A DNA stretch of 44,177 nt, from contig CAYUWM010000006.1 of NCBI GenBank assembly GCA_964448395.1, positions 1-44,177 of the forward strand, written 5' to 3'. The position numbers were made by a program, and so were the translations under genes. The first letter of the stretch is position 1, and every line of letters begins with the position of its first letter. Below the pieces are notes generated by a model. It was not told where the DNA came from, ran no database searches, and saw only the letters and a program-made list of their open reading frames with translations. This DNA comes from an uncultured Dehalococcoidales bacterium (GTDB lineage Bacteria > Chloroflexota > Dehalococcoidia > E44-bin15). Below are positions 35,524 to 44,177 of this stretch, piece by piece.

Positions 35524-37260
35524 CTACCCCTTGAAGCGATTGGTGATCGGCAGTCTGCGATCCTTACCGAAAGCCCGAGGGGTAATTTTTATCCCCGGCG
35601 GCGCCTGCCGGCGCTTGTACTCGCTGATGTCCACCAGCCGCGCAGCCCGCTGCACCACCCCTTCATCGAAACCCAGGGCGATGATCTGCTCCACGCTCTT
35701 GTCCTCCTCGACATACGCCATCACTATCGGGTCGAGCAAATCATAGGGAGGAAGGGAATCGGTGTCCTTCTGATCGGGCCTGAGCTCCGCCGACGGGGGC
35801 TTCTCGATGATAGCGGCCGGTATAATCTCGCTTTGCGACACCGAGTTACGATAACGGGATAGTTCATATACCAGCGTCTTCGGCACGTCCTTGATAACGG
35901 CGAAGCCGCCCGCCATATCCCCATAGAGTGTAGAATAGCCGGTGGCCAGCTCACTCTTGTTGCCGGTGGTCAGCACCAGCCAGCCGAACTTATTGGACAG
36001 TGCCATCAGTATGTTGCTCCTGATACGAGCCTGTAGGTTTTCCTCAGCCACGTTGGGCTCGGTCACTTCAAACAAAGGGGCGAGGTACTCCAGGTAGTCC
36101 TTAAAAATCCTCTCGATAGGGAGCTGGATAAATCGTATCCCCAGATTCTGAGCCAGCAGTTCGGAGTCGGTCACGCTGCCCTCTGATGAATACCTCGATG
36201 GCATGGTTACACCTACAACATTCTGTGTGCCCAAGGCATCAACCGCCACCGCAGCCACCAGGCTGGAGTCAAGGCCTCCGGATAGCCCTATCAGCACCTT
36301 CTCGAAACCGTTCTTCCTTACATAGTCCCGCGTGCCGAGCACCAGCGCATCGTACACCTCCGCCGGCAGGTCACGCACCTTTACCGCCCGTTCGGGCAGT
36401 GGTGGCTTGGCAGCCTTCGATGGCTCACTGGAAACGGTGACCACCTTGGTCCACCAACCCTTAGCTTCATCCGTCAACGGTCCCCGGTTCCACCGCTTGT
36501 TCCGGCTGCGCAGCTCTGCTACCGCGTCTACATCCACGTCAGCCAGTACCATGTCCTCAGCGAACTGCTCACCGCGGGCTATCAACCCACCTTCAGGGCC
36601 GACGATCACGCCGCCGCCGTCAAACACCAGCTCGTCCTGCCCACCGACCATATTGTTGTAGGCCACGAAGGCGGCATTGTCCCTCGCGCGCTTGCTGACC
36701 ATCAGCTCACGCCAGCCGCGCTTGCCCTTGTGGTACGGTGACGCGCTTATATCTATCAGTACCTCAGCGCCGGAGCGCGCCTGCACGGTGAACGGCCCGG
36801 TATCGAACCACATGTCCTCGCAGATATTGACGCCGACATTGACGCCGCCGATAACGAACACCGGGCATTCGACGCCTGCTCTGAAGTACCGCTTCTCATC
36901 GAAGACACCGTAGTTGGGCAGGTATATCTTGTGGTAGACGCCGGCAAGCTTACCGTCATGGATCACCGCCGCCGCATTATAGATGTCATTCTGTTTGTGA
37001 TCGACGAACCCGAGAATGACGGTTAGCCCCGGTGAAGCTTTCACCATCCGCTCCATACACCTCAGGTTCTCCTTGATGAACCGCGGCTTGAACAGCAGGT
37101 CTTCCGGGGGGTATCCACAAGTAGCCAGTTCAGGGAAGGTGAGAAGGTCAACCCCCATCAATCTGGCCTGTGAGACTGCCTCCCGCATCTTCTCGGCGTT
37201 GCCCTCGAAGTCGCCTACGGTGGTGTTGATCTGGGCCATGCCGATCCGCAGCCTGCGCAT
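35524..37260 (-). CDS. nadE: Glutamine-dependent NAD+ synthetase
   Basis: Nitrilase domain (FPEL, KIYLPNY, ICED) plus 'GLSGGLDS', 'NLQARIR', 'TGNKSE', 'PPSAELRP'. Confidence 0.96.
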   Translation of the reverse strand: MRRLRIGMAQINTTVGDFEGNAEKMREAVSQARLMGVDLLTFPELATCGYPPEDLLFKPRFIKENLRCMERMVKASPGLTVILGFVDHKQNDIYNAAAVIHDGKLAGVYHKIYLPNYGVFDEKRYFRAGVECPVFVIGGVNVGVNICEDMWFDTGPFTVQARSGAEVLIDISASPYHKGKRGWRELMVSKRARDNAAFVAYNNMVGGQDELVFDGGGVIVGPEGGLIARGEQFAEDMVLADVDVDAVAELRSRNKRWNRGPLTDEAKGWWTKVVTVSSEPSKAAKPPLPERAVKVRDLPAEVYDALVLGTRDYVRKNGFEKVLIGLSGGLDSSLVAAVAVDALGTQNVVGVTMPSRYSSEGSVTDSELLAQNLGIRFIQLPIERIFKDYLEYLAPLFEVTEPNVAEENLQARIRSNILMALSNKFGWLVLTTGNKSELATGYSTLYGDMAGGFAVIKDVPKTLVYELSRYRNSVSQSEIIPAAIIEKPPSAELRPDQKDTDSLPPYDLLDPIVMAYVEEDKSVEQIIALGFDEGVVQRAARLVDISEYKRRQAPPGIKITPRAFGKDRRLPITNRFKG

Positions 37261-37299
37261 GCTAACTCCTCAATCCGGCTAGCGTATATAATAATCGCT

Positions 37300-38640
37300 T
37301 CAAAGGATCGGCAAGTACCGCTTGAGCTCATAGTCGGTAACCTGGGTGCGGTACAGATCCCATTCGATCTTCTTGTTCTCTATAAAGGTGTGAAAGACGT
37401 GGTCACCCAGCGCTTTCCGCAACAGCTCGCTGCGCTCGGCGTGATGTATCGCTTCAGAGAGGTTCCCCGGCAGGGTCTCTATCCCCCTGCGATTCCGCTC
37501 CTCCTCGGTCATTTTGAAGGCATTCTCCTCAAGCGGAGGGGGCAGCTCGTATTTCTTATCGATGCCCTCGAGCCCGGCGGCCAGCATCACCGCGAACGCA
37601 AGATACGGGTTGCATGCCGGATCGGGAGAGCGATACTCCACGCGGGTAGCGTACTCCTTACCCGGCTTGTATTCCGGAATGCGGATTAGGTCGGAGCGGT
37701 TCCTGCATGCCCAGGATACGTATACCGGGGCTTCGTATCCCGGGATAAGCCTCTTATAGGAGTTGACCCACTGGCTGGTGACAGCAGTGATCTCCACCGC
37801 ATGTTTGAGCAACCCCGCGATATAGTGCTTCGCTTCCTTGGACAAATTGTTCTCATCTCCCTTATCGAAGAACGCGTTGCGCTTGCCCCTGAACAACGAC
37901 TGATGCACGTGCATCCCGTTTCCATTTACCGCCGCTATCGGCTTGGGCATGAAAGTAGCGTAGTATCCGAATTTCTGGGCGATCTGCTTGACCGCCAAAC
38001 GATAGGTCATCACATTATCAGCCATAATAAGGGCCTCGTTATACTTCAGGTCGATCTCGTGCTGGCTGGGCGCGACCTCGTGGTGCGCCACCTCCACCTT
38101 AACGCCCATCTTCTCCAGAGCGAGGATCGCCTCACGACGCATATCGGTGGCTACCTCTACCGGTGTTATATCGAAATAGCCCACCTGGTCCAGCGCCTGA
38201 GGATCATCCGAACTTTTGAAATAGAAGAACTCCAGTTCGGGCCCCACATACATGGTGTATCCCATATCGGCAGCGCGTTTCAGATTCCTTTTAAGCACAT
38301 AGCGGGGATCTCCCTCAAACGGCTCTCCCCCCGGCCTCATCACATCGCAGAACATCCTGGCTACAGCCTGCTCCTGCGGCCGCCATGGGATGATGCAGAA
38401 GGTGTCGGGGTCTGGCATGGCCAGCATATCACTCTCGTCAATACGGGCAAAACCCTCTATCGAGGAGCCGTCGAAACCTATACCTTCCTCAAGGGCCATT
38501 TCCAGTTCCTCTACCGTGATGGCCACACTCTTCAGGAAACCCAGTATATCGGTGAACCACAGGCGTACGAACTTCACCCCCTGCTCTTTGGACATCCTCA
38601 GGACGTGTTCTTTGGCTTCTCTCCTTTGTTTATCTGCCAT
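37300..38640 (-). CDS. glnA: Glutamine synthetase type I
   Basis: 'FDGSSIEGF', 'GPELEF', 'HHEVAPSQHEI', 'FMPKP', 'GNGMHVHQS', 'RVEYRSPDP'. Confidence 0.97.
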   Translation of the reverse strand: MADKQRREAKEHVLRMSKEQGVKFVRLWFTDILGFLKSVAITVEELEMALEEGIGFDGSSIEGFARIDESDMLAMPDPDTFCIIPWRPQEQAVARMFCDVMRPGGEPFEGDPRYVLKRNLKRAADMGYTMYVGPELEFFYFKSSDDPQALDQVGYFDITPVEVATDMRREAILALEKMGVKVEVAHHEVAPSQHEIDLKYNEALIMADNVMTYRLAVKQIAQKFGYYATFMPKPIAAVNGNGMHVHQSLFRGKRNAFFDKGDENNLSKEAKHYIAGLLKHAVEITAVTSQWVNSYKRLIPGYEAPVYVSWACRNRSDLIRIPEYKPGKEYATRVEYRSPDPACNPYLAFAVMLAAGLEGIDKKYELPPPLEENAFKMTEEERNRRGIETLPGNLSEAIHHAERSELLRKALGDHVFHTFIENKKIEWDLYRTQVTDYELKRYLPIL

Positions 38641-38771
38641 CTAGGCCTCCTTTTACAGTATCGAGGATGGTATAACGGTAAGTAACCGACAAAATACTGG
38701 AACTGCCCCCTAGAGCACCAATTATACTGGAATTCAGCGCAAAAGCAAATATACAAAGGCCGTGATATAAG

Positions 38772-38807
38772 AACGAACGAGCTCCGATTATCAGGAGCCC
38801 GTTCGTT
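38772..38807 (-). terminator. Hairpin between the glutamate synthase gene and glnA (terminator or stabiliser)
   Basis: AACGAACG(A)GCTCC-N8-GGAGC(C)CGTTCGTT, 13 of 14 bp paired. The U-tract is weak. Confidence 0.5.
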
Positions 38808-38830
38808 TACCCGAATTGCCTTTATGCGGT

Positions 38831-40423
38831 TTAGCTGTCCAGTATAGCCAGTGCCTCTTCCCGGTATGCCTCCATAAGGTAGGGTATGCCGGTCACCTTG
38901 GCGCACTCTTCGGTAAGGGACATCAGCTCCCGCCGCGTTATCGCGGGTACGCTGAAGCACCTGGAACCAGCCATCAGCTGCTGTAACCCTATCTTGATCT
39001 TATCGCTGTAGCTGTAGATACCAATAGCGCCTAGCGGGATGTTCTTAATTTCATCTGCACCCACCAGATCCTTGACCGCCTCATAGCACACGAATATCTC
39101 CTCCGGCGTGGATCCGAACTGGCCTACGCTATTGGGCAGCTTTCCGTCGCTGAGCCACTGAGCGATGTTTTTCCCTACCATCCCCGGGATCATCAATGCC
39201 CGCCCCATGCACACCGCCTTAGAATAAGGCGCACCTAGAGCCAGTGCCTTGAACACGCCGTCCTCGCTGCTGAACGCGCCGGCGAATGCCATGTCCGGCG
39301 GGCGCTCCCCCTTATCTGCCAGTATCTTGGCAAACTCGTATGCGGCCGAATGCAGATAAAGGGTGGGCATGCCCCATTCCTCCATCATCCGCCACGGGCT
39401 CATGCCGGTGCCGCCGGGGGCACCATCGATGGTCAACAGGTCGATCTTGGCCTTCGATCCCCACTTGATGGCCATCGCCAGCTCCCGCAGGGGATAAGCG
39501 CCCGTCTTCAATGTAATGCGCTTGTACCCCAGGTCCCTCAACCGCTTCACCTCGGCGTGGAAGCCCTCCTCGTCGACGAAACCGAGACGGCTATGGCGCT
39601 CGAACTCCTTTATTGCGCCGTCGTTGAAGGCTGTATGGTTGACCGGATCGGAAGGATTGGGGGTGACGAGGTAGCCGCGCTTCTGCAGCTCCAGCGCCCG
39701 CTCAAGCGTGTTCACCTTGATCTCCCCGCCGATGCACTTGGCCCCCTGTCCCCACTTCAGCTCTATTGTATCGAGGTTGTGCTTCTTGCGCAGGTACTCG
39801 GCCACACCCAGGCGGGTATCCTCAACATTCATCTGCACCAGTATTTCACCGTAACCTTGATGGTAGCGCTTGTATACCTCGATCCGCCGGTCCATATCCG
39901 GTGCCGAGACCACCTTGCCGTTTTTATCGCGCTCGAGCTGCGGATCGATGCCGCAAACGTTCTCGCCGCATACCAGGGTTACCCCGCTGATGGCAGCGCC
40001 TACGGCGAAATGCTCCCAGTTCTTGCGCGCTATCTCGGTCGAACCCAAGGCACCGGTGAATATGGGCACCTTCATCTTGGCCTTGATATCCCAGCCGTAC
40101 TCGGTCTCGGTACTGACCGCGGGGAATATAGCGGTGTCTGGATTGCCGTCTACACCCGCCGGCAGTCCCGATGCCCCCAGGGCATAACCCTGTATATTGA
40201 GATGTGAATAATCGATGGGGTAGTCCTTGTCGCCACCAGCGGTTATCTCGCCGAAGGGACCGGGATAGATCAGTTCTCGGCCGCGGAATGTGGCCTTGAA
40301 CACCTCACAATTGCCAGTACAGCCGTCGATACAGCGGCTGCACAGACCGCTCATCGGCACCACGCTCTTCGAGCGGTTGGCGGTCCGGGTAGCATCGCTT
40401 GAGTTCGGTCTCTGTAGATTCAT
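38831..40423 (-). CDS. FMN-binding glutamate synthase domain protein (stand-alone GltB2-type)
   Basis: 'IELKWGQGAK.IGGE', 'LKTGAY', 'TIDGAPGGTGMSP', N-terminal 'CSRCIDGCTGNC'. ATG at 40423 follows GGGAG. Confidence 0.88.
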   Translation of the reverse strand: MNLQRPNSSDATRTANRSKSVVPMSGLCSRCIDGCTGNCEVFKATFRGRELIYPGPFGEITAGGDKDYPIDYSHLNIQGYALGASGLPAGVDGNPDTAIFPAVSTETEYGWDIKAKMKVPIFTGALGSTEIARKNWEHFAVGAAISGVTLVCGENVCGIDPQLERDKNGKVVSAPDMDRRIEVYKRYHQGYGEILVQMNVEDTRLGVAEYLRKKHNLDTIELKWGQGAKCIGGEIKVNTLERALELQKRGYLVTPNPSDPVNHTAFNDGAIKEFERHSRLGFVDEEGFHAEVKRLRDLGYKRITLKTGAYPLRELAMAIKWGSKAKIDLLTIDGAPGGTGMSPWRMMEEWGMPTLYLHSAAYEFAKILADKGERPPDMAFAGAFSSEDGVFKALALGAPYSKAVCMGRALMIPGMVGKNIAQWLSDGKLPNSVGQFGSTPEEIFVCYEAVKDLVGADEIKNIPLGAIGIYSYSDKIKIGLQQLMAGSRCFSVPAITRRELMSLTEECAKVTGIPYLMEAYREEALAILDS

Positions 40424-40456
40424 ATTCAACTCCCTTCACATTATTTGAATCTTAAA

Positions 40457-41458
40457 CTATACTGTGCCGAATCTGATCAGCTTTTCGTACTCGATCACGC
40501 CGCTCATCGCCGAATTATCGATTGCGATGCCGGCTTCAACAGCGGCGGCCACCGGATTGAGGCCACCCAGCAGTATGACACCTATCTTGTTCAGCTCCAC
40601 CGGGATCTCACATACCGGCTGGCTAGTATCCCCCGTCACCAGCAACCCGCCAATCCCGGCCTCCTTCAAACCGGAGAATACCCCCTCGGCAACTGGCCGG
40701 CATATGGCCGGTATCTCACGGAAATTGGCCAGCACCTTGCCATCCCCCCTGGCAACCGCCTTGGCCACGCTGGTCATCCTGCTGCTGATGAATATCGTTG
40801 AGGGGTCGAGAGAGGAGCCGCTGTATTGTATCAACTCTACGAACCTATAAGGTTGATGATCCCTTATCTGCAGCAGCCCACCGAATCTGGAATCCATGGG
40901 GATGCCCGCCTTTAGCAGCGCCCCGTTGATCACCAGGCTGCACACGGAGGCGAAACCGACCTTCCCCTCTGGCACGTACGAGCCGGCCAACCGCTCGCCC
41001 TCATCGGCCACCGTCACCAGGTCGCTGACACACAACCCTGCATCAAAGGCACCCCTCATCTCCTCCCATGCCCGCTTGAACTGCAGCCTGGGGATAAACG
41101 AGACGTTCACCGGGACCTGACCGCGGCGCTGCTCCCAGTCGAAGGTGGTCTGTACCGCCAGCAGCTCGATCTTGCTGATGACGAAGCCCACCTTGTCGCC
41201 GACCAGCGCGCTATCCAGCTCCTCGACCCCCCGCCCGGTGATCACCCTGCCGTCCCTGCCGATCAACCGGGTGAGTCCCCTCTCGTCCATCAGCTTCAAA
41301 TGGTAGCGCACCGCGCGCTCACCGAGCAGGATGCCGTAATCCTCCAAGCGCTGGGCGATAACCCTGGCGCCAAGCGGGTCCATGGACTCGCTCACGATCC
41401 GCAGTATGATAACCTGTTTCCGCTCTATATCGTGTCGGTCCGATCCTAGCACCTTCAT
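40457..41458 (-). CDS. nrpR: Nitrogen regulatory repressor NrpR (HTH + DUF128/NRD)
   Basis: 'PLGARVIA..L...G..LGERAVRYHL..MDERG', 'VCSLVINGALLKAGIP', 'GGLNPVAA'. Confidence 0.9.
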   Translation of the reverse strand: MKVLGSDRHDIERKQVIILRIVSESMDPLGARVIAQRLEDYGILLGERAVRYHLKLMDERGLTRLIGRDGRVITGRGVEELDSALVGDKVGFVISKIELLAVQTTFDWEQRRGQVPVNVSFIPRLQFKRAWEEMRGAFDAGLCVSDLVTVADEGERLAGSYVPEGKVGFASVCSLVINGALLKAGIPMDSRFGGLLQIRDHQPYRFVELIQYSGSSLDPSTIFISSRMTSVAKAVARGDGKVLANFREIPAICRPVAEGVFSGLKEAGIGGLLVTGDTSQPVCEIPVELNKIGVILLGGLNPVAAAVEAGIAIDNSAMSGVIEYEKLIRFGTV

Positions 41459-41476
41459 CCTCCCTCGATACCCGGT

Positions 41477-42247
41477 TTACAGCCTGACCGCTATCCCTTT
41501 ATCCTTGAGATACCTCTTGGCCTCGGGTATCGATATCTCCCCGAAATGGAACACCGAGGCGCAGAGCACGGCGGAGGCCTTCCCCTTTACCACCGCCTCA
41601 TACAGGTGCTCCAGCGTGCCGGCGCCGCCCGAAGCGGTTACCGGTATGCTTACCGCTTCCGCCACCGCGGCGGTCATCTCCAAATCATATCCCTCCTTGG
41701 TGCCGTCGGCGTCCTTGCTGGTGAGCAGTATCTCCCCCGCGCCCAGCTTTTCGACCTGCTTCGCCCACTCCACGATATCCAGCCCCGTCCCCTCATTGCC
41801 GCTCTTTACCACCACCTCCAGGCGGGGCAGGCTGCCGCCGGGAGGATTCTTCCTGCCATCGATGGCCACGACGAGCTTCCCTTTTCCGAATTCAGCGACG
41901 GCATCCTTTATAAGCTGGGGCGTCTTAACGGCGGCGGTATTTATCGAGACCTTGTCCACCCCCATATCGAACAGCTCTCGCATGTCATCGAGACTGCCGA
42001 TGCCGCCGCCCACGGCGAAAGGTACGGTTACTACATCACAGACCCTCTTGACCCATTCCAGCCGTGTCTTCCTGTTCTCCACGGTGGCGAAGATATCGAG
42101 GAACACCAGTTCGTCCGCACCCTCCCTGCAGTACGCCTGCGCCGCCTCCACCGGGTCACGCGCATCCCTCAAATCCACGAACTTGACCCCTTTGACCACA
42201 CGACCTTCCCTGATATCGAGGCAGGGGATGACCTTGACTTCATTCAT
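41477..42247 (-). CDS. hisF: Imidazole glycerol phosphate synthase cyclase subunit
   Basis: 'IPCLDI..GRVVKG', 'GADELVFLDI', 'VGGGI', 'LTSKDADGTKEGYD', 'ASGGAG'. Confidence 0.93.
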   Translation of the reverse strand: MNEVKVIPCLDIREGRVVKGVKFVDLRDARDPVEAAQAYCREGADELVFLDIFATVENRKTRLEWVKRVCDVVTVPFAVGGGIGSLDDMRELFDMGVDKVSINTAAVKTPQLIKDAVAEFGKGKLVVAIDGRKNPPGGSLPRLEVVVKSGNEGTGLDIVEWAKQVEKLGAGEILLTSKDADGTKEGYDLEMTAAVAEAVSIPVTASGGAGTLEHLYEAVVKGKASAVLCASVFHFGEISIPEAKRYLKDKGIAVRL

Positions 42248-42278
42248 AAATAAACCTCCAAAAGGATTTATTCAGACT

Positions 42279-42298
42279 AACGGCAATAGGTTACCGTT
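42279..42298. promoter_or_regulatory. NrpR-like operator palindrome just downstream of the hisF promoter
   Basis: AACGGCAA-TAGG-TTACCGTT. The core GGCA-N6-TACC resembles the archaeal NrpR site GGAA-N6-TTCC. Confidence 0.6.
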
Positions 42299-42302
42299 TG
42301 CT

Positions 42303-42330
42303 ATTATAGCATGGATTTGGGGGTTGTCAA
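42303..42330 (-). promoter_or_regulatory. Consensus sigma70 promoter for hisF-nrpR-glutamate synthase
   Basis: Minus strand: TTGACA, 16-nt spacer, TATAAT, with an extended TG. Confidence 0.8.
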
Positions 42331-42375
42331 GGGGTTTTGGGAAGCAATTTTAGAAATTAACGTGAGGAGCCACGG

Positions 42376-44177
42376 CTACGGCGTGACAGTTATCAAATCG
42401 TTGGTCCATGTAGCGTTGATGAGGCCGCCCCACATGTCCCGCAGCCAGCACTGCGATATGTTGAACCCGATGGAGCTGTTCTCCCCCGCCGAGCCGTTGA
42501 TGTGGAAGTGTATCTGAGACAGGTAGCCCGCACCGTCGACCCCCGGGTTGCCGTCAACGCTGCAGTTCACCCGCAACGTGCCCGGGCCACCCGGCAGGTT
42601 CCAGTCGGTTACATTCACCGGGTAGAAGTCAGCCGATATACCTGGGTCTATCTCCAGCAGCCTTCCATTGGTAATACCTTCCAAATCGAGCACGCTTTCG
42701 TTATAGATGACCTCGTAGCTGGCGGAGCTGAAGTTCTCCACGTAGGTGATGAAAACAGTGGCTTCGAAATGGGTGCAATAAGGCAAGCTGTCGGGGGCCT
42801 CTATATGCACGTGGTGCCACGGCCATATCTCCAGTATCATGTACTCTATCGTGCCGAGGTCGCTGGTATTCACCGTGCCGTCCTGATTGGCATCAGAGCA
42901 TGGCGTTTGAGCATCCCACGTCAGTATAATCCTCTCCGTCTTGGTGATATCGGCTGCATTTATCTCCCCGTCACCGTTGGCATCTCCCGGGATGCATGAA
43001 GGCGTTGCGCTCGGCGTGGGCGTCGAGCCGATAGTACTGGTTGCCGTTGCCGATGCGGTCGCTGTAGCGGTGGCAGTAAGCGTTGCCATCGATGAAGGCG
43101 TTGGCGTGGGAGAAGGCGACGCGCTGGCGGTTGCCGTAGGCGTGGCTGTAGCCGTAGATGTGCCGGTAGCAGTCGGCGACGACGTAGCCGTTGACGTGCT
43201 TGTAGACGTGACAGTAGCGGTACTGGTGGAGGTGGAAGTGGAAGTAGCGGTGGAAGTAGCGCTGGCGGTGGCGGTACTTGTCGACGTAGTAGTAGCGGTA
43301 GGCGATGATGTAGCCGTTGATGTGCTCGTAGATGTGGAAGTGCTCGTAGCGGTGGCTGTAGCCGTGGATGTCGCCGTCGCCGTCGCCGATCCTGTCGGTG
43401 TTGGCCCAACGCTCGAAGAGCATGTGGCAGTCGGTGTAACCGTAGCCGTGGTGGTAGCCGTAACCGTTGCTGTTGCTGTTGGCGTCGCCGACGCCATAGG
43501 GGTGGGACTTCAGGTTGGACAGGGGATATGTACAGAGTCATCCAGCCAGGTTGCGTTTATCTCCACCGAATCATTGTCATAGAGCACACGCTCCCCGGTG
43601 AAACTCAAGCTGGCATTGCCGCAATTGTAGCAGTCCACGTCAAAGTCTATAACAGCCAGCGTGCCCGCGCCGGAGGCGCCACCCACACCGCCAACATTAT
43701 TGATAACCCTGATGGTTCCCTGCTCACCCGCCGGTATGAACCCCCAATCAGAAACGGGAATGATGGTTGCACCGATGGAGCCGTTATGAACGGCGGTGAC
43801 GTTGAGCAGCGCGGGGTCATAGGTAATATCGTAGTTAGCCGAGTCGAATCCGGTCACCTGGCTGATGTTCACTGTGGCAGAGAAGTTGGAGCAGCGGCCG
43901 GCGTTGAGAGGCGCCTCGATCCAGACCTGCGCTGTCTGCGTCGGCGTTGGCGTTGGGACTGTCGTCAGAGAGGCCGTAGCTGTAGCAGTGGAAGTGGCGG
44001 TGGTTGTGGGCGTCAGCGTAGGCGTTTGCGACGGCGTGGAGGTAGGCGCTCCGCCTCCACCCACCAGCACCGACGTGTTGTACCAGCTAACCTCCCTATC
44101 GTCATACAGGTACTCCCCATCGGCGTACCCCACTATCATCATCGTCGGCCGGAACAGGATGTCCGTGATGCCGGTGT
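42376..44177 (-). CDS. 3' part of a large surface protein (linker-cohesin-[UGA]-Thr/Ala/Ser linker-dockerin-cohesin), with an in-frame TGA at 43510-43512
   Basis: ORFs 43510-44142 and 42376-43497 are in the same frame, separated only by TGA plus 4 codons (SPTP). The frame is open to the window end. Cohesin-like beta domains and a dockerin with twin 'GDANGDG'/'DANQDG' Ca-loops. Confidence 0.8.
42990..43500 (-). repeat. Low-complexity Thr/Ala/Ser/Pro linker repeats
   Basis: About 170 codons of TAT/TST/TPT repeats, with synonymously diverged copies (e.g. near 43176 and 43301). Confidence 0.85.

Noticed and set aside
38694-38732. Direct repeat ATACTGGAA, 30 nt apart, upstream of glnA
   Set aside because: Only two 9-mers, with no match to the NrpR-like palindrome. 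Too weak to call an operator.
37300-40423. N-methylglutamate pathway (GMAS/MgsC) reading of glnA and the glutamate synthase gene
   Set aside because: GlnA looks like a canonical type I enzyme, mgsA/mgsB are absent, and the NrpR context points to ordinary ammonia assimilation.
42990-43500. CRISPR-like or VNTR array
   Set aside because: The repeats are codon-phased, degenerate and within a coding linker, with no repeat-spacer structure.

Overview
A 44-kb stretch of an anaerobic bacterial chromosome, mostly around 55-60% GC by eye. It is most likely Chloroflexota/Dehalococcoidia, inferred from gene content: NrpR, a short core MetE, several COG1233 flavoproteins, a cohesin-dockerin protein and a DnaK-type tail. 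Left to right: (1) three phytoene-dehydrogenase-like FAD oxidoreductases around a two-subunit CoA-transferase; (2) rarA; (3) a reverse block with a cNMP-binding protein, a 4-hydroxybutyryl-CoA dehydratase-like protein and an alpha/beta hydrolase; (4) a six-gene corrinoid methyltransferase operon with two pyrrolysine-free MttB-family enzymes and an asparagine-synthetase-like ligase that lacks the glutaminase residues, preceded by a ~470-nt leader that resembles domain I of a group IIC intron; (5) a PAS-GAF-GGDEF-HD-GYP protein, a fourth COG1233 gene and a core methionine synthase; (6) an oxidative/nitrosative-stress island (EncFtn-type ferritin, SOD, flavin reductase, rubredoxin, metallothionein, FprA, rubrerythrin-like protein, Acs) with a Crp/Fnr regulator and four matching boxes at about -41.5; (7) a dnaK deletion scar; (8) a hisF-nrpR-glutamate synthase-glnA-nadE nitrogen block with an NrpR-like operator; (9) a cohesin/dockerin surface-protein gene with an in-frame UGA in a CxxU context followed by a SECIS-like hairpin. 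I found no CRISPR array, rRNA, tRNA or intact mobile element. All family assignments come from motif recognition, not database searches.
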